This document shows, in pieces, positions 10,119 through 20,800 of a stretch of DNA of 64,000 nt. Below the pieces are notes generated by a model that ran no database searches, was not told where the DNA came from, and saw only the letters and a list, made by a program, of their open reading frames with translations. The translations under genes and the position numbers were made by a program. The first letter of the stretch is position 1, and each line of letters begins with the position of its first letter. The stretch comes from Candidatus Anstonellales archaeon. GTDB lineage: Archaea; Micrarchaeota; Micrarchaeia; Anstonellales; J096. The stretch is from positions 91,002 through 155,001 of the forward strand of contig JAWACY010000002.1 of assembly GCA_038896535.1 (NCBI GenBank), written 5' to 3'.

Positions 10119-10198
10119 TAAGGCTAAAAATAATAAAGAAATCAAAGTAAATAAACTAAAGAATAATGATTTAAAATATTGCCTTTATAAATTATAGA

Positions 10199-10729
10199 AT
10201 GCCAAGAAAAAAAACAAATGATAAAGAAAACAATGATAAGGAGATGAAAAAAGCAAAAGGTATTGATAAAAAAGAAGAAAGGCGGGATAAAGCACATAAA
10301 AACAAAGAGCAAGACTTTGAATACACAAGTTATGACAAGCTTATAGAGAGGGCTTACGAGCTATTGCCATCGAGTAAACAAAAGGCTGGGGAGAGGTTCC
10401 AAATGCCAGAAATGGACATAATAATTGAAGGAAATAAAACAATAATAAAAAATTTTCAGCAGATAGCAGAAAAAATAAGAAGGCAAAAGGGTGACATTGC
10501 TGCTTATTTAAAAAAAGAACTTGGGGCTCCAGTAAGGGTAGAGGAAGCAAGCTTGGTAATACAAAAGAAAATAAAGCCGGAATTTTTAAAAAGAAAAATA
10601 GAGCTTTACATAGAGGATTTTGTCATTTGCCAAGAATGTAAAAGGCCAGATACGCATATTGCCTCAATACAGGGCATAAGATTTATAATATGTGAAGCTT
10701 GCGGAGCAAGAAGGGCGTTGAGAAAATGA
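10199..10729 (+). CDS. eif2b: translation initiation factor 2 subunit beta (aIF2-beta)
   Basis: YDKLIERAYELLP, EGNKTIIKNFQQIA and a C-terminal C4 zinc ribbon (CQECKRPDT...CEACGA). K/E-rich N-terminal extension. Confidence 0.9.
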   Translation: MPRKKTNDKENNDKEMKKAKGIDKKEERRDKAHKNKEQDFEYTSYDKLIERAYELLPSSKQKAGERFQMPEMDIIIEGNKTIIKNFQQIAEKIRRQKGDIAAYLKKELGAPVRVEEASLVIQKKIKPEFLKRKIELYIEDFVICQECKRPDTHIASIQGIRFIICEACGARRALRK

Positions 10730-11031
10730 AGAAGGATGAAATTAAAAATGAGGAAATAACTCATGTTTTATTGCCAAAAGGTAATGAAGTATTTGGCTTA
10801 ATACTTTCTGAGCTTGGCGGAGCAAGGTTTGTATGCCTATGCTCAGACAAAAAAGAAAGGATATGCAGAGTTCCTGGCAGGCTAAAAAGGGATGTATGGG
10901 TTAAAGAAGGCGATTATGTAATAATAAAACCTTGGGATGTTGAAGGAGATAAAAAAGGTGACATAATATATAGATACAGGCCTTTAGAAGTTGAATGGTT
11001 AAGAAAAAAGGGCCTTTTAAAAGAACTCTAA
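10726..11031 (+). CDS. eif1a: translation initiation factor 1A (aIF1A)
   Basis: S1/OB-fold sequence GNEVFGLILSELGGARFVCLCSDKKERICRVPGRLKRDVWVKEGDYVII. ATG at 10726 overlaps the aIF2-beta stop as ATGA. Confidence 0.9.
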   Translation: MKKDEIKNEEITHVLLPKGNEVFGLILSELGGARFVCLCSDKKERICRVPGRLKRDVWVKEGDYVIIKPWDVEGDKKGDIIYRYRPLEVEWLRKKGLLKEL

Positions 11032-11046
11032 TAATGGCTGTAAAAA

Positions 11047-11739
11047 ATGGCAGAAAGATGGAAGATAGAGGAACTAGTTTTTGATAAGAGGGCATTATTA
11101 ACAATAGCAAGGATAATGAAAAAAAATATAATAGCAAACATAGACTTTCCCATCTCGACTGGAAAAGAAGCAATAGTATTTAGAGCAAAAACAAAAACCG
11201 GATTTGCTGCTTTGAAAATATATAAAATAGAAACAACTCATTTCATAAAAAGGACTGATTATTTATATGGTGATCCAAGATTTAAGCATGTTAAAAAATC
11301 AATTGCTGATATTGTTTATGCATTCACAAAAAAAGAGTACAAAAACTTACTCATAGCAGAAAAAGCAAAAATAAATGCTCCAAAAGCATATTACCAAGAG
11401 AAGAATGTTATAGTCATGCAATTTTTAGGAATAGATGGACTGCCTTTCCCGAAGCTTGCAGAATTAAAAGAAGTTGAAAAAGATTATTTTTACTCAATTA
11501 TTGAAGATATAAGAAAGTTATACAAAGCAGGGCTAGTGCACAGCGATTTAAGTGAATTTAATATTCTTGCTGGTGATAAGCCATATATAATAGATTTTGC
11601 GCAGGGCGTTTTAACATCGCATCCTTATGCTGATGTATTTTTGAAAAAGGATATTGAAAATATCGTTACATTCTTCAATAAAAAAGCCAATATAAAAATG
11701 GGTATAGAAGAGGCATTAAATTATGTTAAAAACAATTAG
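11047..11739 (+). CDS. RIO-type serine/threonine protein kinase
   Basis: STGKEAIVF, ALKIYK and catalytic LVHSDLSEFNIL are typical of RIO1/RIO2. Confidence 0.9.
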   Translation: MAERWKIEELVFDKRALLTIARIMKKNIIANIDFPISTGKEAIVFRAKTKTGFAALKIYKIETTHFIKRTDYLYGDPRFKHVKKSIADIVYAFTKKEYKNLLIAEKAKINAPKAYYQEKNVIVMQFLGIDGLPFPKLAELKEVEKDYFYSIIEDIRKLYKAGLVHSDLSEFNILAGDKPYIIDFAQGVLTSHPYADVFLKKDIENIVTFFNKKANIKMGIEEALNYVKNN

Positions 11740-12571
11740 CGAATGGGCAAAGTTATTCAGAATAGAGCATGGCATAATGCTTAGCATATCTGCATATATA
11801 GGATTAAAATTAGCTAAATATGTGAATGAATTAAACATCATATTTTACATGCTTGTGCCATTGCTAATACAGATGGGGGCTTTTGCATTAAACGACTATT
11901 TTGATATAGAAGCAGATAAAAAAAATAAGAGATATGAAAGGCCATTAATAAAAGGCACAATAAAACCAATGCATGCTTATATTGCTGGCATCACATGCCT
12001 TTTTATTGGCATCATTACATCAATGCTTATAAATGAAAAAGCATTTTTATTTGTCATATTTCTGGCTGTGCTTTCATATCTTTATAATACAAAATTGAAA
12101 GACATTGCAATAGTTGGAAATATATACATTGCATTTACAATGGCTGCTCCTTTTTTATATGCCTCAATAGCAACGAACAGGTTTAACAATGCTCTTATGC
12201 TCATATCAATTTCTTCCTTTCTTATCGGGCTTGCAAGAGAAATAATAAAAACAGTGCAGGATTATGAAGGAGATGTAAAGGCAAGAAAAAGTAAAACATT
12301 GCCCTTCTATATAGGAAAAAAGAACAGCATGAATTTAGCATCATTCATTTTGCTCCTATTCTTTATACCAGCTTTTATTCTCTTATATGAACTGCATACA
12401 AATTATGATATAAAAATGCCTTTTATTTTTACTTCTCTTTATATAATATCAATAGCTATTGTTGCTTACTGCCTTGCATATGCAATAAAAGATATGCATT
12501 ATGAAATGATAAGAAAAATGACTTTATTTGCCATTGCACTTACTCTACTTTCACTAATATTGGGGTTGTAG
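11723..12571 (+). CDS. UbiA-family prenyltransferase, candidate DGGGP synthase
   Basis: NDYFDIEADKKNKRYERPLIKG is the UbiA NDxxDxxxD prenyl-diphosphate-binding motif. Polytopic membrane protein. GGGP synthase is encoded elsewhere in the window. Confidence 0.8.
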   Translation: MLKTISEWAKLFRIEHGIMLSISAYIGLKLAKYVNELNIIFYMLVPLLIQMGAFALNDYFDIEADKKNKRYERPLIKGTIKPMHAYIAGITCLFIGIITSMLINEKAFLFVIFLAVLSYLYNTKLKDIAIVGNIYIAFTMAAPFLYASIATNRFNNALMLISISSFLIGLAREIIKTVQDYEGDVKARKSKTLPFYIGKKNSMNLASFILLLFFIPAFILLYELHTNYDIKMPFIFTSLYIISIAIVAYCLAYAIKDMHYEMIRKMTLFAIALTLLSLILGL

Positions 12572-12634
12572 GATAACCTGGTAGTCTGCTGCCTTCGGGA
12601 GGCAGAGGTCCCGGTTCAAATCCGGGCATCCCCA
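12562..12634 (+). tRNA. tRNA-Pro (anticodon CGG)
   Basis: Folded by eye: acceptor GGGGUUG/CAUCCCC with one U-U mismatch at 5:68, D arm GGAU-AACCUGGUA-GUCU, anticodon stem CUGCC/GGCAG with loop UUCGGGA, 4-nt variable arm, T arm CCCGG-UUCAAAU-CCGGG, discriminator A. Overlaps the UbiA stop codon by 10 nt. Confidence 0.7.
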
Positions 12635-13149
12635 TTTTTAATGGCACCCCTATTTTTAATAAAAAACCTCGTAAACGGCTTAGCATAAAAAATGCCATTG
12701 CTAAACAATACGTCAGATATGTAAATATCAATGTTGTCATATTCAATAATAGCATTTTTCACTTCATATTTGCCTTTATCGCTACATAAATAAAGCTTAT
12801 TATCAGATATGCTTGATTTTGCATACACATTAAAATAGCCCCTACCATTTAACTCTTCAAGGCTTAAAAATTTCGAATGCTTTATTACTTCAATGACTGA
12901 TAATGGAGTTGTGTATATAGCATTATTTCTTATTTTTGCATTCATTATCTTTATTTCATCTCTTGCTTTTATATTTTTTATATGCATTGGCAAAGCATAA
13001 ACAAATGCTTTATTGTTATTCTGCATAATACTGAATCCATGCCCATAAACATGTAAAACAACTGCATTTGATATTTTTACATGGTCAAGTTCTTTTACTT
13101 TATATATGTCATTTAATAAAAAATCAACAGCCATAAATAAATAACTCAT
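12616..13149 (-). CDS. hypothetical protein
   Basis: 177-aa ORF with no recognisable motif. Its 3' end overlaps tRNA-Pro on the opposite strand by 19 nt. Confidence 0.4.
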   Translation of the reverse strand: MSYLFMAVDFLLNDIYKVKELDHVKISNAVVLHVYGHGFSIMQNNNKAFVYALPMHIKNIKARDEIKIMNAKIRNNAIYTTPLSVIEVIKHSKFLSLEELNGRGYFNVYAKSSISDNKLYLCSDKGKYEVKNAIIEYDNIDIYISDVLFSNGIFYAKPFTRFFIKNRGAIKNGDARI

Positions 13150-13179
13150 GCTTTTTTAAACTTTATTACAAAAAGTTTT

Positions 13180-13872
13180 ATGGCATTTTTTAAAGATAGA
13201 ACTTATTCCTTATCTCCTTCTTCCTTAGCTTTATTCAAAGAATGCAAAAGATGCTTCTGGCTTCATATAAATAAAAGGTTTAAAAGGCCTACATCTGCAT
13301 TTCCTTCATTGCCATCTGGTATAGATAAACTTATAAAAGAGCACTTTAACTATCATTTAGAAAGCGGCACAAGGCCAAAGGAACTTTCATTCTTATCAGA
13401 AAAGATAAATCTCTTTTCAAATAAAGAAATACTTAAAAAATGGATGGCAAATATTGAATGGCAAGACGAAGAAGGAAATAAGTTAAATGGTAAAATAGAC
13501 TATCTTTTAGAAGATGAGGAAAAAAGGGCTATAATAATAGATTTTAAAACAAAGGGCAGTTATGTGAATGAAAACGATGTTAAGAATATAGAAATTTTTT
13601 ACAAACCGCAGCTAGAGATTTATGCATATTTAGTAATGAAAAACGGCTTTTATGTGAATAACTATGGCTATTTGCTCTATTTCTACCCTAAAAGCATAAA
13701 TGAAGACGGAAGCTTCGTATTTGGCATTGAAGGAAAAAAAGTTATGCTTGATATTATGCAAGCAGAAGCATTATTTAAAGATGCAATAGAAACATTAAGG
13801 GGCCCATTGCCAGAAAGCAGCAAAACATGCGATTTCTGTTCCTGGGCTGATAAAAGAGCATATTTTATATAA
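13180..13872 (+). CDS. PD-(D/E)XK nuclease, Cas4/RecB-like, with four Cys
   Basis: N-terminal CKRC and C-terminal CDFC with a central IDYLLEDEE...IIDFKTKG motif (D...ExK) typical of Cas4-like nucleases. No CRISPR array nearby. Confidence 0.6.
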   Translation: MAFFKDRTYSLSPSSLALFKECKRCFWLHINKRFKRPTSAFPSLPSGIDKLIKEHFNYHLESGTRPKELSFLSEKINLFSNKEILKKWMANIEWQDEEGNKLNGKIDYLLEDEEKRAIIIDFKTKGSYVNENDVKNIEIFYKPQLEIYAYLVMKNGFYVNNYGYLLYFYPKSINEDGSFVFGIEGKKVMLDIMQAEALFKDAIETLRGPLPESSKTCDFCSWADKRAYFI

Positions 13873-13917
13873 AGTACATTTTATACTTTTCTTAATAGCC
13901 AACTTTGTTCAAATAAT

Positions 13918-14496
13918 TTAAACTAATCTTTTGTAAGCTGTCAGGCCATAATGCCCTTTGAAAAACTTATAATTTGCATTATACAAAGCTCTTTCTAGTT
14001 TCGTGCCTCTTTTTTCAATTACATAATTTAGCTCGTCTTCTTTTGGATTTTCCCCGCATACACAAACAACGTAGTTTAATTTTTTCTCTTTTGCTCTTTG
14101 CTCTGTAAGCTCTATAAGCTTTTCTCTTATGCCATGTCCCTCAAATGCTATTAATATTGCTATATCCTGTAAGTATAGAGTGTTTGCTTCATTACAGCTA
14201 TATAGGGATTTTGTCAGCTCGTTAAAGCATAAAGGCCATGATAATGATAAACCAACTAAAAGTCTATCGACATATGCTCCATAACTCGTTTTATATCTTA
14301 TAATTTCTTCCAGCTCTTTTATTTCTTTTTCCCCTATTTCAAAAGCAGTCCTTCTCAGAACTGATACAACATCATCTATATCTTCTTTTTCCAATAGCTT
14401 AAATTCCGTCTGCTCACTATCAACTGCAAAACTCTTAATACGCCTTCTTTCTAATGCTATTGGCTCTTCTATCTTCTTTTCTTTTGTTTTTTCCAC
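13918..14496 (-). CDS. putative GNAT-family acetyltransferase
   Basis: IAFEGHGIREKLIEL resembles GNAT motif A (R/QxxGxG/A). Weak call. Confidence 0.4.
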   Translation of the reverse strand: MEKTKEKKIEEPIALERRRIKSFAVDSEQTEFKLLEKEDIDDVVSVLRRTAFEIGEKEIKELEEIIRYKTSYGAYVDRLLVGLSLSWPLCFNELTKSLYSCNEANTLYLQDIAILIAFEGHGIREKLIELTEQRAKEKKLNYVVCVCGENPKEDELNYVIEKRGTKLERALYNANYKFFKGHYGLTAYKRLV

Positions 14497-14574
14497 ATTT
14501 TATATAATTGCATAAGTTTTTAAAGCCTTTATACAAATATTTTTTTAGTGATGACATGAACAACCTCTGAACAT

Positions 14575-15027
14575 ATGATGAAGCTGACAGCGTCTGAATT
14601 TGGTGGTAATATGTTTTTTGATCCTTTTGAATACATTGAAAGAATGAGAAAGCATTTTGATAAGCTATTTAAAAATAAGGAAGTTGGTATATTTACTATT
14701 GCTCCTGTCAATGCATATAAAGATGGTAGCAATGTTGTTTATGAATTTCATATGCCTGGGTTTAGAAAAGATGAAATAAAAATAAGTTTATATGATGGCA
14801 TAATACATGTAAAAGCAGAAAAGAAAAGTGATATAAAAAAGCATGGCAAGGAAAAGAGTAAAGAATATTTCTATGAGGAAAGGGCCATAACAAAAATGGA
14901 AAGAAAACTGCCTATTCCTGATGGGGCAATATTAGAAAAAATAAGTGCAGAATATAAAGATGGCATATTAAAACTTGTTGTGCCAATTAAAACAAGCAAG
15001 AATAAAAAAGACATAAGCATAAAATAA
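14575..15027 (+). CDS. hsp20: small heat-shock protein (Hsp20/alpha-crystallin family)
   Basis: Alpha-crystallin domain sequence (YEFHMPGFRKDEIKISLYDGIIHVKAEKK...AEYKDGILKLVVPIK). Confidence 0.9.
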   Translation: MMKLTASEFGGNMFFDPFEYIERMRKHFDKLFKNKEVGIFTIAPVNAYKDGSNVVYEFHMPGFRKDEIKISLYDGIIHVKAEKKSDIKKHGKEKSKEYFYEERAITKMERKLPIPDGAILEKISAEYKDGILKLVVPIKTSKNKKDISIK

Positions 15028-15311
15028 AAATAAGCATTTTATATTAATCATTTTCTATCAATCTATCCTGCAATCCAGTTTTTATTCTACCAAAATGCTA
15101 ACCCAAGATAGCCCACAGATAATACACAAGATAAATCAATAAAGTTAATAAAAAACAAATGAAAAAAGCGATAAACAATAAAAATAAAAAATAATAAAAT
15201 AATAAAAAAAGAAAAAAGAAAAAAATCAAAAAGAAAAAATCAACAAAAAGCAAATAAAAAAGCAAAACAAATGTTTAAAAATGTTGCATAACATAAATTA
15301 TTGGTGGTTTT

Positions 15312-17498
15312 ATGGTTGAGAAACTGCAAAGCCCTCCTCCAGCATATGAGGAAATAAATAAAAACACGAAGGATGAATCAAGAAAGCTGGCATTGGAAGC
15401 CCTTAACTCCCTCAGAAATAACCCCAAATTCAAACAAGAATGGTTAACAAAAGAATTAGGAGAAAAAATCTCATCAATAACAAAGAAAATAATAGAAAAC
15501 ACATCAGGAGAATCAAGAAAGTGGGCATTCGAAGCTCTTAACAACCTCCTACAAAACCCAAAATTCAACCCAGAATGGCTAAAACCAGAATTAGGAGGCA
15601 ATATATCATCAGTAGTTAATAAGATTATGAGAAACGATTCACTAAGTGAAGAGCAAAAAAGGGCCTCATTAAATAATTTAAATGGACTTCTTCAAAATGC
15701 AGAAAATCCCATACGGATATTGTCAGGACAAGGAGCCACACAACAAACACCAACAGTTAGAGGAGAAGTGGCAAGAAGAGCAAGGAGCCAGATGCAAAGT
15801 GAAAATTATTATAGAGGCATTTCTACTGCTCTGGCTTATTATTTAGTTGGTAAAACTAAATATGAATATTTAATAGCGGAGCAAAGGGATCAACTCCAAA
15901 AATATGGAGTTGATGAAAAAACATTTAATGCTTATATTAAATATTTTAGGGAAAAGGGGGTAAAAAGTAGCATTGTAGATAAAGACGCTTATATTAGGGG
16001 CGTGCCTTTAGAAGAAGCACTTTTTGTAATACTTGTAGTAACAGGGACTGGACCAGTTGGAATGGAGACAATAAGAGAGATAACTAAGAATTACAATGAA
16101 ACAAACAAAATGAAAGATATTAACGATTTATTTGGAGGGTCTTTGGCCCACTTAAGTCAACGAGGTGTAAGGGGAGCAAGTGGCTATAAACAGTATTTTG
16201 GTGGTGTGATTGATTATCTAACATGGGAAAGTCCTCAAACGCAAGCAGGACCTTTAGAAGCAATTGGAGATATATTAAGAATGGCTAATGATAACAGAAA
16301 GAATTGGGGAGAAAAAGCTGTAAAAGAAGCATTGGATAACATTAGGGGGCTACTGGCTCAACCAGCACCACCTAAAGTTGAAGAAGGAAAAGTTCCACCA
16401 GCAACAGAACCTATAATTGGAAGGCCAGGTGCTCCCCCTCATGCTGAACAACAACCTGCGCCTCCTATAGCAACACCAAAGCCCGCTGTCACCGCACAAC
16501 CACCAGAAAAAGTAGAATTATTATCGCAGGGAGATTTGCAGAAAATAGTTGATAAATTAAACCAAAATCAAAATAAACCGCCTTATACTAAGTATGGTGT
16601 AGATGAGAGTGAGAATAAAATTAATGTTGCTTATGAAGTGGTTAAAGTGTTGGGGCTTGGTGAAGGACTCACACAAGACATAGAAGAATCAAGAAGGCAA
16701 AGAGCAGCAGTTGATCATGCATATAAGATTATAACTAATTTATCACCAAATGTTGAGGAAAGGAGGCTTTATTTAAAGAATGTAAACCCAGCAGCATTTG
16801 AGGATTTGAGGAGAATATTAAGTGGAACATATGCTTCTAAACTTTTAGATGACATTATAGGTGATGAAGCTGGTAGAAAATATATAAACTTAAAAAACCT
16901 TGATGCATTATATACAACACTTACTAAAGATGGTAGACATGTGTTGATAAAAAGTTTATTGAACGCTGCTGGCGTTAATGAAAATGATTTCTTAGATTTT
17001 ATTAATTGGGATAAAGATAAAAAGGAAATTAAAAGTCTTAAAGACTTATGGGAAAGGCTTAGCGATGATGAAACAGGAGCAATGCTGGGAACTGCTGTGA
17101 TGTTTATTGCTGGGTATAAGGGTAATTATTTATACACATCTTATCGCAGCAGGGAGGGCGCAAAAACAGAAATAAGTTTTACTACAGAAGATGTTGAAAG
17201 CAAAATAGGCAAAGGTGGGGGAGTTGTATTAAGTATTAGGGCGCGCTATGGAAATGGACCAATAGAAACAATAACAGAAAAAGAAAAAGGAAAGGGGCCA
17301 ATAAGTGAAGAAGATAAGTCAGCACAACCAAGTCTAACGCCTGGCGGTGGAGGGGCTGAGACCCCCCCCACAGCGGAGGGAGGAGGAGAAGGAGAAAAAA
17401 GAGAAGGAACAGAAAGCCAACAACAAGAAAAAAAAGAAGAAAAACAAACAGAAACACCACAAGCACCAGAAGGACCAGGAGGACCAATAACACCATAA
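15312..17498 (+). CDS. hypothetical 728-aa protein with N-terminal 45-aa tandem repeats and Pro/Gly/Glu-rich C-terminus
   Basis: Two 135-bp tandem repeat units encode SRK(L/W)A(L/F)EALN(S/N)L..NPKF..EWL..ELG. A central APPxxP linker and a GGGGAETPPTAEGGGEGE tail follow. No signal peptide. Confidence 0.6.
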   Translation: MVEKLQSPPPAYEEINKNTKDESRKLALEALNSLRNNPKFKQEWLTKELGEKISSITKKIIENTSGESRKWAFEALNNLLQNPKFNPEWLKPELGGNISSVVNKIMRNDSLSEEQKRASLNNLNGLLQNAENPIRILSGQGATQQTPTVRGEVARRARSQMQSENYYRGISTALAYYLVGKTKYEYLIAEQRDQLQKYGVDEKTFNAYIKYFREKGVKSSIVDKDAYIRGVPLEEALFVILVVTGTGPVGMETIREITKNYNETNKMKDINDLFGGSLAHLSQRGVRGASGYKQYFGGVIDYLTWESPQTQAGPLEAIGDILRMANDNRKNWGEKAVKEALDNIRGLLAQPAPPKVEEGKVPPATEPIIGRPGAPPHAEQQPAPPIATPKPAVTAQPPEKVELLSQGDLQKIVDKLNQNQNKPPYTKYGVDESENKINVAYEVVKVLGLGEGLTQDIEESRRQRAAVDHAYKIITNLSPNVEERRLYLKNVNPAAFEDLRRILSGTYASKLLDDIIGDEAGRKYINLKNLDALYTTLTKDGRHVLIKSLLNAAGVNENDFLDFINWDKDKKEIKSLKDLWERLSDDETGAMLGTAVMFIAGYKGNYLYTSYRSREGAKTEISFTTEDVESKIGKGGGVVLSIRARYGNGPIETITEKEKGKGPISEEDKSAQPSLTPGGGGAETPPTAEGGGEGEKREGTESQQQEKKEEKQTETPQAPEGPGGPITP
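15375..15644 (+). repeat. 135-bp in-frame tandem repeat (2 copies) inside the 728-aa gene
   Basis: gaatcaagaaag... recurs at 15375 and 15510, with about 75 percent nucleotide identity by eye across the units. Confidence 0.7.
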
Positions 17499-17530
17499 AA
17501 TAATAAATACAGAACAGAGAACAGGACATT

Positions 17531-17615
17531 CGGGCAATGAGGGGGTTAGGTAGGATTGTTAGGTGGGGGCAGGGGGAGGTTGTTTTAGATGGGGTTATTT
17601 GGGCGGTTGGTTATT
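17531..17615 (+). other. G-run-rich tract in the convergent intergenic region
   Basis: GGGGG, GGUGGGGG, GGGGG, GGGG, GGG and other G runs within about 85 nt. Confidence 0.5.
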
Positions 17616-17880
17616 TATGAATACTGATGGAGAGATAGGATAAAAAGAATAAAAAGTTGAGCTTATTATATCACTTATCTTATGATATTATAGAGTAAAT
17701 AGATAAAGACAAATAAAATCAATGAGAGATGAAAAAAACACGATAACAGATTTGGGGAGAAGTGTTAAAAATAAGAGCGTGTGCTTTGTATATGGGCTGT
17801 TTTATCTCAAAAAATATCTCAAAAAAATCAACATGCGGAATTATATAGTATAAAAAGCAATAAAAACCAAATAAAATTCA

Positions 17881-20800
17881 TTATTTCTCTTCTTCAAGTT
17901 TTTTCTCTAATGCTTTCAAATCCTCAATGAGTTTATCAAATGTTTTTTGTTCGGATTGCTCTCGGAAAATACTAGGGGCACTAACCCTCAAAAAATTAAA
18001 GTACTCTTCATACCTGCCGCTGAAATCTCTAAAACACAGACCAGGCATATTATAAAGATCGTTTATATCATCCCTCATTTGGTTTTTGAATTCTTGTGAT
18101 GTTGTTTTTTTAGTGGCCATTTCTTGTGCTGTCTTTAGAAATTGCGCCTCATAACTATCTGGCACTAGTAAAAAATATGATTCAACACCATCTTGACCTA
18201 TTTTTCCTCCTACTGCTTTTATATAACCTAACGGATTATTTACGATAGATGTATAAAGATTTATTACCTTCTTGATTGAACTAAACTCCGTTTGTTCTTT
18301 TTCTGCTTCCTTTTGTTCTTGTGTTGGTTCTAGTTTTTTGTATAAATCGTTAAATAATCTTGTAATTTCCCCTTCGTTGCCAAGCAATTTTTTCAACGCT
18401 TCATATTCACTTTCTCCCAATATCTCTTTAGCGAGTTTTCCGTCTTCTACTTCTAGTAAAGGAGTATAATAATATATAATGGGCTCTAAATTCCTCAAAA
18501 CTGTTAAAACATCTTCAAAATAGCTTAAATAAGCATTTCTTATTTCACTCCTTATTTTAGATATTTCAAGCAACACATGATATTTAGCCCTTTCTGACAA
18601 ATTAAATTTTTTCAGCTTCTCAATTAGTCTTCTCTCTTCTTCCTTTAACTCATTTATTCTGTCTTTGGTTTTTTCCAATGCCTCGTTATTCAATTTTTCT
18701 AATTCATTTATGTAGTTATTTATTGTTCCGCTGTCATATTTTGATAAAAAATCATGTAATGAAACCTGCTCTCCGTTAAAATAAAACCTATAATGAAAAG
18801 GCGTAAATGGTTCTTTAATACCAAGCAAGCTTAAAAAAGGCGACAAAAGTGGCACTCTTGCTTTTTTCTCATCCTCATACTGTTGTTTTACTATTTCTCT
18901 AAATCTATTATCGATCTTACTAATCACATTGTCTTTATCTAAACCAAATTTCGTTGCAAATGACTCCGCAATTCCAGTCTTTATCTCCATAAATGGCGCT
19001 GCACTACCATAATTAACCTTAAAAAACATGAAATCTATTAAAGCTCTATAATCAAGCTTAATATAATCAGCGGCTTCCTCAATAGAAACACCGTATGTTT
19101 TTGCAAGCGCTAAAATCCTTCTTACGGAATAAGAAAGAGCACTTATTACATCCCCTGTATAATTCCATTTCCTTTCATATATAAGAGCCCCTACATCTTT
19201 CTTAAATTTTTCTATGTTGCTTATTCCACTCAATTTTTCTACTGCTTTAACCAATACCTCAACAACATCGCTTTCCTTCATATCGCCAGAAAGATAAAAA
19301 ACAGGTGAGCTGGGGTTTCGAATATCTATTTTTGTACTGAGATATGTTATTATTGCAGCCATTTCTCTTATTTGTTCCGGCTTTAGAGTATTCAGGTTAA
19401 CAAGTTTATTTAATCTTACGTATCTCTCCCTCATTTTTTCTGCTATTTTTTCTCTTAACGTTTTTCTTGCTTCGTCTCCATTATAAAAACTATAACTTAT
19501 CCATTGCTTCTTTTCCTCTTCCAACTCTTTTATCTCTTTTTCTCTTTGCCCCCTTATTATATCCCATGCTTTCTTGAATGCTTCCCCTCCTTGTTCAACA
19601 AGAGTAAATATAAATTTCGGTGGAAAGCCAAAAGTTGATATATCCTCCAATTTCGATATTGATGCAAATTGCAATGTTTCATAAAATGCTTCTAATGATG
19701 CATACACATAACTATTCTTGCCAAGAGGGTTTTTTCCATTTTCCAGTGCTTGCAGGATTCTTTCCATTAAACCCTTTGCTCTTATAATATCACCAAAAAT
19801 AAGAAGTTTATAAACAATTTCCATATGTTTTGACAGATCTTCTGTTTTTTCTATTTTTATCTCAGTCTTCAACAAATTATCTGCCAACACTGCAGTTCTC
19901 TTATAAAAATCAAAAGCCGAACTTAATACGTTCTTAGCTGCTTCCAATGGGGATATGCCAAGTTTTTTTATGTATTCTAATGCTGCTTCACCTGTATAAA
20001 CTATAATCTCTCCTGATTTGCCTGTTTCTACATAAATCATACCTCTTGCCCTTATATCTCTTTGATATTCACCACTAAATGCATTATTTACATACATAGC
20101 CAAAATATAAAATGCTGCCATTTGTGTATTTGTAAAAACAAATTTCCCAGATCTTATATTTAATGCGCCAGCCGGTGTTTCAAGGCTTAATTTACCGCCA
20201 GCCAGCCACCTAAAATCGAGTAAATCCGGGGCTAATGTAATGCCTGCATATGGCCCAAACTTATGAGACACTCCTGCTAAAAATTCTTCAACCTCGGCCT
20301 GAACATAAGGGTTCCATTGTGGCACTTCTGCCCCAATTGCAACGCCAGAACTAGAAGTTGGAACTTGCATTCTTCTGCCTTCAGGATGTGGTATTTCTTG
20401 TATTGTTCTTTCTTCTACCCTAACTCCAAATCCAGCTGTTGGTTGGAGCTTTTCTGTTGGGGTAATTATCACACCGAAACGAGGGCCTGCCTCTAACCTT
20501 TGTTCATAATAATTAGTTATTGCTGTTGTACCTCTGTTTATAAATACTTCCTCTAAAGCGTTTTTAATATCTTCCAAATTCGCATGTCTATTTTTTGAAC
20601 TCTTGTAAAGAGATTCAACTAGGCCCTCTAAATCTCCTTTTGTAAGATAAACAGTACCCCCCAACAGTTCTTTTATCTTCTGTAGTTCTCCTTCTGATAG
20701 TAAAATACCGCCAGACCCAGCCAAAGCTTGTGGGCCAGCTAATAAATCAATAGGTAGAACAAATACTCGACTCTCTTGATCATATATAACTACTTCCTTG

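Noticed and set aside
15028-15311. Extremely A-rich tract (long runs of aaaaa/aataa) between hsp20 and the 728-aa gene, considered as an ncRNA or mobile-element remnant
   Set aside because: No terminal inverted repeats, ORF or secondary-structure potential evident. Consistent with an AT-rich promoter or spacer in a low-GC genome.
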